In this document: in pieces, positions 20,060 to 29,544 of the stretch
How positions within the stretch are numbered: the first letter of the stretch is position 1
How the letters are laid out: each line of letters opens with the position of its first letter
NCBI GenBank assembly: GCA_964619725.1
Contig: CAZUFC010000102.1
Span: forward strand, 1-30,764
DNA length: 30,764 bases
From: an uncultured bacterium
Lineage (GTDB): Bacteria; CSSED10-310; CAZUFC01
Direction: 5' to 3'
Translations under genes and position numbers: made by a program
Notes under the pieces: model-generated
The model's database searches: none
Seen by the model: only the letters and a program-made list of their open reading frames with translations
Told to the model about the DNA's origin: nothing

Positions 20060-21310
20060 CTACTCATAGACCTTCTCCTCCGCCAGATGGGCATCCGGGG
20101 CATCGTTTTCGACGTCACGTATATCCTGACCGGCAAGCGCTTTTTCATATTCCTTGTACCATTCGGTCTGTATGATGAGCTGCATAATTTCATTCGTTCC
20201 CACCCAGATCATGGATAACCGGATATCGCGGAGGATTCGTTCGAGGGGATATATATTGGTGTAACCCAGGCCGCCTACAGCCTGCATGCATTTATTGGCA
20301 ACCTCCCAGGCTGCTTCACTGGAAACCTTTTTTGATTGAGATATCATCCGCCGGATTCGGCCGGGATGGACTCTGCCGGAATCGATCGCCAGGCAGGCGC
20401 TGTAGACCGTGGCCCTGGCAGTATCGAGCAAGGTTACGCAATCCGCGATATTGAATCCCACGGCTTGAAAATTCATGATCGGCCGGCCGAATGCTTTTCG
20501 CCGGGATGTATAACGGGTAGCGATCTCAATAGCCGGCCGGACCGAACCGATCGTCATTGCCGCTGTTCCCAACCGTTCAGGAATCATCATCCGCTTGAAA
20601 ACCTCAGCCCCGCCATTTATGCCGTTAAGCGCAAACCGTTCCGGTACCTTTACATTTTCGAGCATCAGTCGACCGGCTCCGCCGCCGCGAACTCCCATCA
20701 AGCCATAGATGTACTTAGTTTCCAATCCTTTTGAGGTCCTGGGAACCATGAAAGCGGATAACCTCTTATGAGACCCTTCATCGGGATTGGTGACAGCGTA
20801 GATCAGGAACCAGTCTGCACCTTCAGCGCCGACAATGAATCGCTTCTGGCCGTTGATGATCCATTCGTCGCCCTGTTTCTCCGCCCTGGTCGTCGTCCCA
20901 AAAAAATCAGAACCTCCCCGCGGCTCAGTAAGTCCTTCTGCAGCATAAAGTTCACCCTGGAGCAGCGGGACGACGATCTCCCGCTTGAGTTCCTCGGACC
21001 CGAACTGGACGATCGCATCGCATACGATATCAGCGCCCACTCCCCATAAACACGCCAGGGAATAACTCGCCACGCCGATTTCCTCAGCCGTGACAGCGTT
21101 ATCGACCCACTCAAGACCACGGCCTCCATAACGACGGGGTATCCTGATGCCCAGCAAATTCCTTCTACCCGCTTCTTTCAGATACTCATGAGGAAACTGG
21201 AGCTTCTCGGCATCCATATCCAGTATCATCTCCTTGGGGACCCATTTCGTGAAATCGCGGGCTTCATCCCGAAGCGCCTTCTGTTCCGGCGTCATTATAA
21301 AATCAAACAT
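20060..21310 (-). CDS. Acyl-CoA dehydrogenase family protein
   Basis: GLTEPRGGSD, WIINGQKRFI, RKAFGRPI..FQAV, GGLGY....PLERILRD.R...IWVGTNEI motifs; RBS gaggt. Confidence 0.96.
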   Translation of the reverse strand: MFDFIMTPEQKALRDEARDFTKWVPKEMILDMDAEKLQFPHEYLKEAGRRNLLGIRIPRRYGGRGLEWVDNAVTAEEIGVASYSLACLWGVGADIVCDAIVQFGSEELKREIVVPLLQGELYAAEGLTEPRGGSDFFGTTTRAEKQGDEWIINGQKRFIVGAEGADWFLIYAVTNPDEGSHKRLSAFMVPRTSKGLETKYIYGLMGVRGGGAGRLMLENVKVPERFALNGINGGAEVFKRMMIPERLGTAAMTIGSVRPAIEIATRYTSRRKAFGRPIMNFQAVGFNIADCVTLLDTARATVYSACLAIDSGRVHPGRIRRMISQSKKVSSEAAWEVANKCMQAVGGLGYTNIYPLERILRDIRLSMIWVGTNEIMQLIIQTEWYKEYEKALAGQDIRDVENDAPDAHLAEEKVYE

Positions 21311-21467
21311 TCTACCTCTCCCTCTCAGCGGCTGAATTCAGCCTTATAACCAACCGGCAAATCCGTTCATACGCTATCAGAATAGCGCCGTAACAAGAAA
21401 ATTAAAAGCAATGAGCATTACCCAGGCGATGCACCAGAAGCCGTTAGGCGTTCCTCATTACACTTCT

Positions 21468-21585
21468 GGGACTGATCAAACCGGATTACACTTCTTTCAT
21501 AACTTTTGACGGTTTGTTTCAGTAATCGGTATCGGGGTCGGGATCGCAATCGAAACAAAATGGTGGGCATTCTGTCGAATTGTAA
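21468..21585 (+). repeat. Family B element: left arm, short hexamer array, partial right arm
   Basis: gggactgatcaaaccgga...cttctttca.aacttttga..gtttgtttca.taatcgg nearly identical to 26356-26418; then aatcgaaacaaaatg. Confidence 0.85.
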
Positions 21586-21950
21586 CTGCTCTGGGTCAAG
21601 ATAAATCGGAAAAAAAATCCAAAAAACTTTAAAATGTATTCGTTGTCGTGATCGTTGTCGAATTCAAACATGACGCTCATTCAAGAGAAATTGAATTTAA
21701 TAGTCATTTCGCACAATACTCCGACAACGATTCAGCAGCCGACATATTGAGAAGTATTGACGTAAAGCTTATCCTAATTGGTATTCCGCCAGCGGGGGGG
21801 ACTTTGTTTTACTTGATATTTTTTGATCGACTGTTGTTTTTTCGGTCAAAAATTTCACCATCTTTTATCATTCAACGTCAAGAGATGTGAACCTCGAAAC
21901 ACGAATATCTGCTCAATGCCAAAAATTTTAAAGTCGAAAATTTATTATGT

Positions 21951-23480
21951 CTATCGGCTTTCCAGCCGATTCAGGAACTGTTCAGCCTGCCTGGTGATCT
22001 TCTTCCGGCGCTCAAGAGTCATGCGTTTAAGCGTCCGGTATGGGAGGTTCATTCGGGGGTTGGACGTGAGTCGTTCTTCGTTCACGATCAAAAAAAACCA
22101 GTAGAGGTAGTTGAACGGGCAGGCGTTGGTACCGAGTTTGACCTTCGGGTCGTAGGTGCAGCCGTTGCAATAATCCGACATGCGATTAATGTAGGAGCCG
22201 GATGCCGCATAGGGCTTCGAGCCTAACAAGCCTCCGTCGGCGTGCAGCGCCATGCCGTGCGTGTTCGGCAGTTCAACCCATTCGAAGGCATCGGCGTAGA
22301 CGGCAAGGTACCAATCCTCCGCCTGAGCGGGGGAAACTCCTGTCAGCAGAGCAAAATTGCCGGTGATCATAAGCCGTTGAATATGATGCGCGTATGCGTT
22401 ACGTCGGGTGGCATCGATGACCTCCCGCAGGCAATTCATATCGGTATTCCCTGTCCAGTAGAAATCCGGGAGCGGACGCTGCGCCTTGAAGAAATTGGTT
22501 GTTGCGTAGGCAGGCATCTTCATCCAATAGACGCCGCGCACGAACTCACGCCAGCCGAGAATCTGCCGGACGAATCCCTCGACGGCCGGCAGCGGCGCCG
22601 AGCCCTGGCGATACTCGGTCATCACAGCTTCGCATACCTCGCGGGGATTCAGCAACCCAATGTTGATGTATGGCGACAGCATTGAATGAAACAGGAAATC
22701 CTGCCCTGCTTTCATCGCATCCTGGTAATCCCCGAATCGGGGCAGGCAGTTCTCGGTAAAGTATTGCAGGGCTTCCAGAGCCTCTTCCCGCGTCACGGCC
22801 CAGCCGAAGGAGTCCACATCACCGAAGTGATCCGCGAAACGATTCCGAACCAGCATCATAACATCTCGCGTTGCGGCGTCCGGAACGAAGCGGTGACCGG
22901 GCGGTATGCGAATATTTTGCTGCAGCGTTTTACGGTTCTCTGCATCATAGTTCCAACGTCCGCCGGCCGGCTTATCACCGTTCATCAACCAACCGGTCTT
23001 GCGGCGCATGCGCCGGTAAAAATTCTCCAGACGAATGCTTTTTAATCCCTTTGCCCACTCTGCGAATTCATCTCGCGAATAAATGAACCGATTATCCTGA
23101 CGAATATCGACTGGCGTGTCGTATTTTGCCGCCCAGGATCGCACCATTTCCCATACTCGCCACTCTCCCGGCTCTGTAACGACGATACGATCCGCTTTAT
23201 GACGCGACAGCGCCCGGCCCAGCTCGCCGGTAATTGAACCCGAATTGCTTTCCTCGTCAAGTTGGACGTAGTCCACGTATATGCCTTCAGCACGCAGCGA
23301 TTCCGCAAATTGACGCATCGCCGAGAGCACAAGAACGATCTTTTGCTTGTGATGGCGCACATACGTGGTCTCATCGCTTACCTCGACCATCAACACTACA
23401 TCGCTGTCATGAACGATGTCGCGCAGGGCGCTGATTGAACGGCAAAGTTGATCGCCTAAAACCAGCCTGAGCGTCTTCAC
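21951..23480 (-). CDS. phrB: FeS-cluster bacterial cryptochrome/(6-4) photolyase (PhrB/CryB type)
   Basis: LVLGDQL, HHKQKI, GGRWNYDAENR, FGDYQDAM, AHHIQRLM, WVELPN, KPYAASGSYINRMSDYCxxC and ACPFN; four Cys ligands. The symbol follows Agrobacterium usage. Confidence 0.95.
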   Translation of the reverse strand: MKTLRLVLGDQLCRSISALRDIVHDSDVVLMVEVSDETTYVRHHKQKIVLVLSAMRQFAESLRAEGIYVDYVQLDEESNSGSITGELGRALSRHKADRIVVTEPGEWRVWEMVRSWAAKYDTPVDIRQDNRFIYSRDEFAEWAKGLKSIRLENFYRRMRRKTGWLMNGDKPAGGRWNYDAENRKTLQQNIRIPPGHRFVPDAATRDVMMLVRNRFADHFGDVDSFGWAVTREEALEALQYFTENCLPRFGDYQDAMKAGQDFLFHSMLSPYINIGLLNPREVCEAVMTEYRQGSAPLPAVEGFVRQILGWREFVRGVYWMKMPAYATTNFFKAQRPLPDFYWTGNTDMNCLREVIDATRRNAYAHHIQRLMITGNFALLTGVSPAQAEDWYLAVYADAFEWVELPNTHGMALHADGGLLGSKPYAASGSYINRMSDYCNGCTYDPKVKLGTNACPFNYLYWFFLIVNEERLTSNPRMNLPYRTLKRMTLERRKKITRQAEQFLNRLESR

Positions 23481-23491
23481 TGGAAACTCTC

Positions 23492-24220
23492 TCAGCCCCT
23501 GGTTCGCAGCGTTGATCGACCGCCGTCGACTCCGATAATCTGTCCGGTTATCCAGCCGGCTTCCGGAGAAAGAAGAAAGGCAGTCAGCGCTGCAATATCT
23601 TCGGGCTTGCCGAGCCGCTGTAAGGCATGCAATTCGGCGATGGACGCCGCCATCTGCTCGTTCGATAAAATTCCTACGGAAAGCGGCGTGCGCGTGAGGG
23701 AGGGAGCTGCGGCATTAACGCGCACTTTTGGAGCGAGCTCATTTGCCAGGGCCAGGGTCAATCCGTTCACGGCCCCCTTTGCCAGACCCATAGACGCATG
23801 CAACGAGAAACCCTGAAGGGCCGCTACGCTGGAAAAAAGCACAACAGACGCTACCCCCTCGCTCTTCTTGAACGCCGGAAGCGCCGCTTTAACGGCAAGC
23901 GCAGCGCCCATCGCATTGATACGGAAATCGTTCAAAAAATCCTCCTCGGTAAGGCGCTGGAGCTTACGTAGATTGATTGTGCCCACAGCATAGACGAGAC
24001 CATCCAATGGATGACCTGCATCTTCCGCTACACGGGAAAAAAAAGCTCCGTCTCCGGCATCCCCCGTTGTATAACCGGCATTAAGCTCATCCGCAACTGC
24101 CGCTAGCTTGTCTTCGCTTCGCCCCGCCAAATGAAGCTCATAGCCGCGCTTACGGAGGATACGTCCCACGGCTGAACCGATGCCGCCAGAGCCGCCATAA
24201 ATTACGATCTTGCGTGCCAT
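23492..24220 (-). CDS. Short-chain dehydrogenase/reductase, atypical active site
   Basis: GGSGGIG Rossmann motif, FSSVAA, HASMGLAK in place of YxxxK, WITGQIIGVDGG; RBS ggagga. Confidence 0.93.
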   Translation of the reverse strand: MARKIVIYGGSGGIGSAVGRILRKRGYELHLAGRSEDKLAAVADELNAGYTTGDAGDGAFFSRVAEDAGHPLDGLVYAVGTINLRKLQRLTEEDFLNDFRINAMGAALAVKAALPAFKKSEGVASVVLFSSVAALQGFSLHASMGLAKGAVNGLTLALANELAPKVRVNAAAPSLTRTPLSVGILSNEQMAASIAELHALQRLGKPEDIAALTAFLLSPEAGWITGQIIGVDGGRSTLRTRG

Positions 24221-24468
24221 CGTAACTCCTCCCTTCTTTAAAAGGAATTCAGCTCATCCCTCATGGCTGAAAGTCATCAAAAATCAAGACCCTGCCCAAT
24301 ATCAAGGCTTTCTTGAGGTCTTCACCGCCCCAGATAATTCAGTTGAACTAAGCCGATAAGCATGCTTCCTTTGGGTCTTTATTGAATAATCAACGATACC
24401 GGTGTCTGATCCTATTAAATTAATGACCTGATTTCAAGTATAAAAAAGTAGAGCGAAAGTCAAAAACA

Positions 24469-24778
24469 GGGACTGATCAGATCAGGGTAACCGTTTTTGC
24501 CGGTAAAAAAATTGACTGATGAAATCCCCATTAAAAAACTAACCTTGCCCCACAACTGTCTGTTTGACGAACTCATCGCTGTTTTTTCATAGAAATCCGG
24601 CTGTTTCGGTATCGTGATCGGGGTCGGGATCGGTATCGGCGTCGGTATCGGGGTCGGTATCGCAATCGGTATCGGGATCGGCATCGCAATCGGTATCGGG
24701 ATCGGCATCGCAATCGAACCAAAATGATGAGATATTCTGTCGAATTATAACCTCAAAAGATGTTTCTTGATCACTGCC
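24469..24778 (+). mobile_element. Family B element, both ends present
   Basis: Starts gggactgatca, ends tgatcactgcc (imperfect inverted ends); hexamer array ~24605-24716; conserved right arm. Confidence 0.8.
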
Positions 24779-24870
24779 GAAATCATAGAAACAATTCTCA
24801 TGTTTGACATATCGGCATGCGCCGACGACAATGGAAAGGCAGTCGGGATTTTTTCGAGGAGACCGTAATT

Positions 24871-26343
24871 TTGAACACACAAAAATTTTTTCAACCAACC
24901 CGGCGGCGCTTCAAGCGCAGCCTGATTTTTTTGTACCCCCTTCTGCTGAGTCTGCTGGGGATATCAGCCAGTGGACAGCAGGAAAGCATGCTATGCGCGC
25001 GAAATGTTTATCAGGGGCCGGAAGCTTCCGATGCCTTTTCCGCCGTCCACTACCTCGGCGAAGGACGCATCATCGCAGGAAAACGCTCCTCGCAGGCTGA
25101 TAACCGTTTTCTGCTCAGCGACGATTATGGCGAGACCTGGGAAGTCGTCGGCTGCCCCGGCTCAACCGGTTCGCACACCTACTTTTTCGGTCAAAACGGG
25201 GACGTGGTTTTTTCAGGTACGGGCGACACCGGCAATGCCTGCCTGATGAAGTCCACCGACAGAGGCTCCACATGGTCGACAGCGCTGTCGTCCCCACAAA
25301 TTCGCTCCCTGATGGGAACCGCAAACGCCCGGGCTCTCTTCGGTCCGGTCTATCTCGGAAACGACCGTTGGATTCTGAACGTAAAGACCTTTGACTCCCT
25401 CAACAAGGTCATCATGTCCCCGGATAATGGTGAGACATGGTATGTACCAGGCGCTCAGCCCGGACAGAATGCATCGGCGTGGGCCCGTAATATGATCCTC
25501 ACAAGCAACGGCGTCCTGCTGTGGCCGTCCTGCACAACCGACAGAATGTACATGTCGACCGATAACGGCGGGAGCTGGTTTTCCACAGTCGTGCCGGGGG
25601 CTTTCCTTTTTCAACCTCTCTGCGATGCCGGAAACCAGATATATTTCTGCGGTGAGGCGACCACCGCGCCGGATACGCCCATAAGTCTTTTTCGGAGCAT
25701 AGACGGAGGCTTGTCGTGAACCGAGGTTGCATCGGTTAATCTGCACCGTTCAACAACCACCTATTGGCGCGACGTGATCAAGGCCGGAGACAGCCTTCTG
25801 GCGTCCGCCTGTTGTTTGGAAGGCACGAGCAACGAACGCAATATGCTGCTGTTTCAATCTTCTGATGACGGGTTGACGTGGAAATCACTGGGAAATCCCT
25901 TTTACGGACCGTACGGAGGCATGCAAGCCATTTACCAGATGTGCGTCACGGAAGCGAATGTCGTTTTTGCCGGATGTCAGCCCGACAGCACAATTCTCAG
26001 GTGGAACATGCCGAACAGCTTCTGCAATGCGGACCTGAACAATGATCAGGTAGTAGACGAACTGGACCGGGACATCCTGGAAGTCTGTCTTGACGGACCA
26101 GCGGTCGGCCCTTGCGAAGCGGCAGACCTGAATTGCGACCAATGGATCGATATGAACGACATGAATGTGTGGATATGTCGACTAGAATCCGGCTCTGTTG
26201 AGCTCTGCTGCGGCTCCGAACCAATAGAGATTCCAGTGGAATCGAATTGGACCATACTCGCGACGATGTTGATGCTTTTCCCTGGAAGCATTATCGCCAA
26301 ACACTTACTTGACGGAAGTTTTCATCGAAAAAATGCCGGCTGA
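24871..26343 (+). pseudogene. Asp-box (BNR) beta-propeller protein with dockerin-like repeat and sorting tail, with one in-frame TGA
   Basis: RBS gaggag plus TTG 24871; six S-x-D-x-G-x-(T/S)-W boxes, the fifth with TGA (25717-25719) at the Trp; the frame continues into the 25774-26343 ORF; ADLNND/ADLNCD pair. Confidence 0.88.
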
Positions 26344-26355
26344 ACAGCCTTTTTA

Positions 26356-26472
26356 GGGACTGATCAAACCGGGATTTAACTTCTTTCAAAACTTTTGATA
26401 GTTTGTTTCACTAATCGGGATCGGGGTCGGGATCGCTATCGGGATCGTAATAAATAGTTAAGCCGAGATATT
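26356..26472 (+). repeat. Family B element: left arm plus short hexamer array
   Basis: gggactgatcaaaccggg...taatcgggatcggggtcgggatcgctatcgggatcgtaa. Confidence 0.85.
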
Positions 26473-26514
26473 TTTTTTGCCATTTTCAGATTCCAAAGAC
26501 TGCGAAAATGGCAA
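26471..26514. terminator. Hairpin with U-tract on the minus... opposite flank (terminator-like) abutting attC
   Basis: ttgccattttc...gaaaatggcaa inverted repeat preceded on + by a T-run; lies between convergent genes. Orientation and function uncertain. Confidence 0.45.
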
Positions 26515-26596
26515 CGGCTAGGATAACCGGCGGCGACGAAGCCGGTTTGACCTTTGGAAATGCGTTTTCGCCGTCCGGTTCATCCTGTGGTTAGAT
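26509..26596 (-). other. Integron attC site
   Basis: Minus strand: ATCTAAC-cacag-gatgaaccggacggcga ... tcgccgccggttatc-ctagcc-GTTgcca; 5/6-nt spacers, two extrahelical bases, upstream gene stops inside it. Confidence 0.88.
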
Positions 26597-28313
26597 CTTT
26601 CGTTATGTGCACAAGTTCTTTCATTTTCATTTTAATATCGTCATCATAACGGACATAAAACAATTTTGTTTCTGTTTTAGCGCATAGCTGTGCTTTTCGT
26701 CTATCTCTTTCTATATTTACTTCATATGCTTGCTCTCCACCGAAATAATCAATAGGCCGAAAATGTTGTTCACCCATATATTCTATCGCTAAGGATAGTT
26801 CAGGAATATAAATGTCAAAATGTTGTGGTTGAAGCCATATAGGTTGGGCGTGGCGTGATACCTTATAGTTTTTGAATATTCTCTTTACAATTTCATATAA
26901 CGCTTTTTCTGATTTCCATTTTTCTTTTCCGATTTCTAAATACCAAAAATGACTTAAATATTCATGGCATGAACGAACAGATTCTTTCCATTCGACCATT
27001 TCACATGGACTATAAATATTTTTCTCCCGATGGTTCCTCATATTATTAACTGATACTTCTGAATTTATTAAATGCCACATGGAGACAGCTTTCTCAATTT
27101 GTTCTATGCCATTGCGTTCTAACCATTCTGAAGTTTTCAGCATTGCCCATTCGGAATAGCAAATTAATTTATCAAAATTTATTAATTGTTCATTTTTATT
27201 CTCAGTTGTGGATGATAATAATTTGTCTGATTCGGATACGTATAGAGTTTGCAAAAGTGAAGTGAAAATATCTTCGCTTTTGATAGAAGCGTTATTGTCA
27301 AATTTTAATTTGAGATATTCGGAAAAGTACAACCTTTTAACGAGTGGATGTGATTCAAATACCCGCATCCTAGACTTAAATTCAAGATCTTTGTAAAGAA
27401 AATGATTTGCTCTTGGTATCACGAAATTAATAAATGTTTTTGCTAATGATTCCTCGAAAAAACCATTGATTATATCGGAAAAATTAATATTTTGATTAGG
27501 ATTGTTGTCAATCAAATCATCAATAGCAGCATAGGACTTTTGAACAAGTTCTGCTATATTACCAAGTGAAAAAATTATTTTACTAGCCTTGAAAGTTTCT
27601 CCTTTTTTAAGCGCATCTTCCAACCGTTGTTTGGAAATTTTTCTAATTCTGGGAGTACATTTCTTTTGTATTTTTGCCAAATCTTTTGGGGTTAAATCTG
27701 ATGTAGCCGTTATAAAAAGCTCAAATTCTTTTCTCTCAATAGAAAATAATTCAGCATATTTTTTAAGAAAGCCAGAAGAAAATGATCTCCCAGATTCATT
27801 GACAGCAATGGAAAATATTCTTTGAAACGGCAATGAAGTTACTGCACTGTTTCCGAGGATTATAGATTTAGGCGACAAAGCATTCATTTTTGCCTGTGAG
27901 AACAACTCTAAAACATCATCCCATCTTGATTGAGAAAAAAATAGTTTTATTAAGCGGTCCCAATCTTTACCACCTCTAAAAACAGGACCGTTTTTGTCTT
28001 CACTCTTTGAGTAATAAAATTCTGCATCGCCTTCGTAGCCATAAGCCCAAGACAAATCACCAAGTTTTCGCCAATGCCCCAATACAGAAAAAATTTGTTT
28101 AGCCTCAGTGAAACAACCGCATCTAATATATAGATCAGCTAGCCATCTTTGGTTGACTTGGTTATTTTTCTTAAAATGCTGAACAATGAATAATCGTTCA
28201 AAAACCGATAAATCTCCTTTTGAAGACGGAGCAATTATGTCAAAAATTAGATTTTCGCGAAGTTTATTATATTCAGAATATATAGTTACCATTAATATAT
28301 AAATCCTCGTCAT
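26580..28313 (-). CDS. AT-rich cassette protein: helical/TPR-like N-terminus, C-terminal PD-(D/E)XK-like endonuclease domain
   Basis: SEKALY...QHFDIYIPELSLAIEYMGEQHF...DRRK..LC....LFYVRY motif at the C-terminus. Confidence 0.8.
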   Translation of the reverse strand: MTRIYILMVTIYSEYNKLRENLIFDIIAPSSKGDLSVFERLFIVQHFKKNNQVNQRWLADLYIRCGCFTEAKQIFSVLGHWRKLGDLSWAYGYEGDAEFYYSKSEDKNGPVFRGGKDWDRLIKLFFSQSRWDDVLELFSQAKMNALSPKSIILGNSAVTSLPFQRIFSIAVNESGRSFSSGFLKKYAELFSIERKEFELFITATSDLTPKDLAKIQKKCTPRIRKISKQRLEDALKKGETFKASKIIFSLGNIAELVQKSYAAIDDLIDNNPNQNINFSDIINGFFEESLAKTFINFVIPRANHFLYKDLEFKSRMRVFESHPLVKRLYFSEYLKLKFDNNASIKSEDIFTSLLQTLYVSESDKLLSSTTENKNEQLINFDKLICYSEWAMLKTSEWLERNGIEQIEKAVSMWHLINSEVSVNNMRNHREKNIYSPCEMVEWKESVRSCHEYLSHFWYLEIGKEKWKSEKALYEIVKRIFKNYKVSRHAQPIWLQPQHFDIYIPELSLAIEYMGEQHFRPIDYFGGEQAYEVNIERDRRKAQLCAKTETKLFYVRYDDDIKMKMKELVHITKDLTTG

Positions 28314-28529
28314 TCATACGAACACATCCATCAAAGAATGAAAATGATCCATGTAATAAAATATATGCCAACAGATAGTATGCTTAACTTTGTGATAATA
28401 AATTATTCCTAACACATTTATCCTCTCAATCCTTCAAACATTTTACCTAATGTGAATCCATCGAATTCACAAAGATATGTAACGAAAATAATTTGATGTT
28501 GTACCGGCCTATTGTTTAATCCTTTAAGA

Positions 28530-29498
28530 TTAGGTTTCTGCATCAGCCAACTCCTTTAAACGATACAGAATCCTGACGTTGGGTGCTGCACCTATCAGTA
28601 AAGCCGCAACTTTTTCGTAAGTATTCGGTGTGGATGGAGTCACACCAAAATGTATGGTATTACGTGAGTCGCGCACAGAATCACTCCAGATTACGACTGT
28701 GCGGAGTTCCCTCGGCTTTATCCCAGTTGACATTGACAGTGGACCAAAGATATCCTGACGCTCAAAGACTTTGATGATCGCCTCTATTTTACGAAATGTT
28801 CCAATCATTGGATCTTCTAGTACTTTTCTTTGCTTGCTGAAGATTGATTGGTTACTTGTTGGCACGTACGCGAGTAACGATGCTCCTAACTCAAGCCAAG
28901 CACCTTCAGAAGCCTTCCCAAGCATCGTACACGCTGCAGTAAATAGTTCGCACCGAAAACATCTAACAGCTTCTCTAAACGCAATTTCAATATCAGGGTG
29001 CATGTTTTTTATTTTTAGGGTATGAAGGTACAAACAGGGATCTGCGAGAAATTGATTATTTGAGCCAATTGAAGAAAGTGCTCGACGGACTCTCATAGGA
29101 ATCGAAAAATTGAGTTCTTCGAATTTCCAACTGCTGGACATGCCACCACTTCCTGGAACCGTTGTCGTCCATCCTATTGATGGTGCTGCCACATGTAAAT
29201 CAGCCATTGGAATCAGGTACCCACCATGGATAAGTGACCAAATTGCCTCCTTTGATGCTATTGACCATGAAAGAACATCACCAACTACCATCAATGCTGG
29301 AACCGGATCCACGCTTGGATGAATGACAACCTTCTTTGGCATGATGACGCCATTGGCCTCAAGAACAGCGGCTATGAGATCCTCAGAAGATGAGATAGCA
29401 TAGCATACATTTAGAATAATTGCTTTGGCAACGACTACATGTTGTGGCGTCACAACGGTTCTATCGAGAATGAGTTTCTTAGCCTCGGATTCTTTCAT
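28530..29498 (-). CDS. Cassette protein with C-terminal HEPN/DUF4145-like domain
   Basis: EAVRCF...FTAACTMLGKASE and RDSRNTIH motifs; GTTAGGA 6 nt before the ATG. Confidence 0.72.
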   Translation of the reverse strand: MKESEAKKLILDRTVVTPQHVVVAKAIILNVCYAISSSEDLIAAVLEANGVIMPKKVVIHPSVDPVPALMVVGDVLSWSIASKEAIWSLIHGGYLIPMADLHVAAPSIGWTTTVPGSGGMSSSWKFEELNFSIPMRVRRALSSIGSNNQFLADPCLYLHTLKIKNMHPDIEIAFREAVRCFRCELFTAACTMLGKASEGAWLELGASLLAYVPTSNQSIFSKQRKVLEDPMIGTFRKIEAIIKVFERQDIFGPLSMSTGIKPRELRTVVIWSDSVRDSRNTIHFGVTPSTPNTYEKVAALLIGAAPNVRILYRLKELADAET

Positions 29499-29544
29499 TT
29501 GCTATCCTAACATTGTTTTTTTTCGAAACAGAGATGACATGATT

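Noticed and set aside
25717-25719. Alternative genetic code or selenocysteine
   Set aside because: TGA ends other genes in the window, and the position is a Trp site rather than a Cys site.
28407-28535. Intact attC between the HEPN-like and nuclease genes
   Set aside because: Only ACCTAAt and GTTAGGA ends are present; no L''/L' pairing found.
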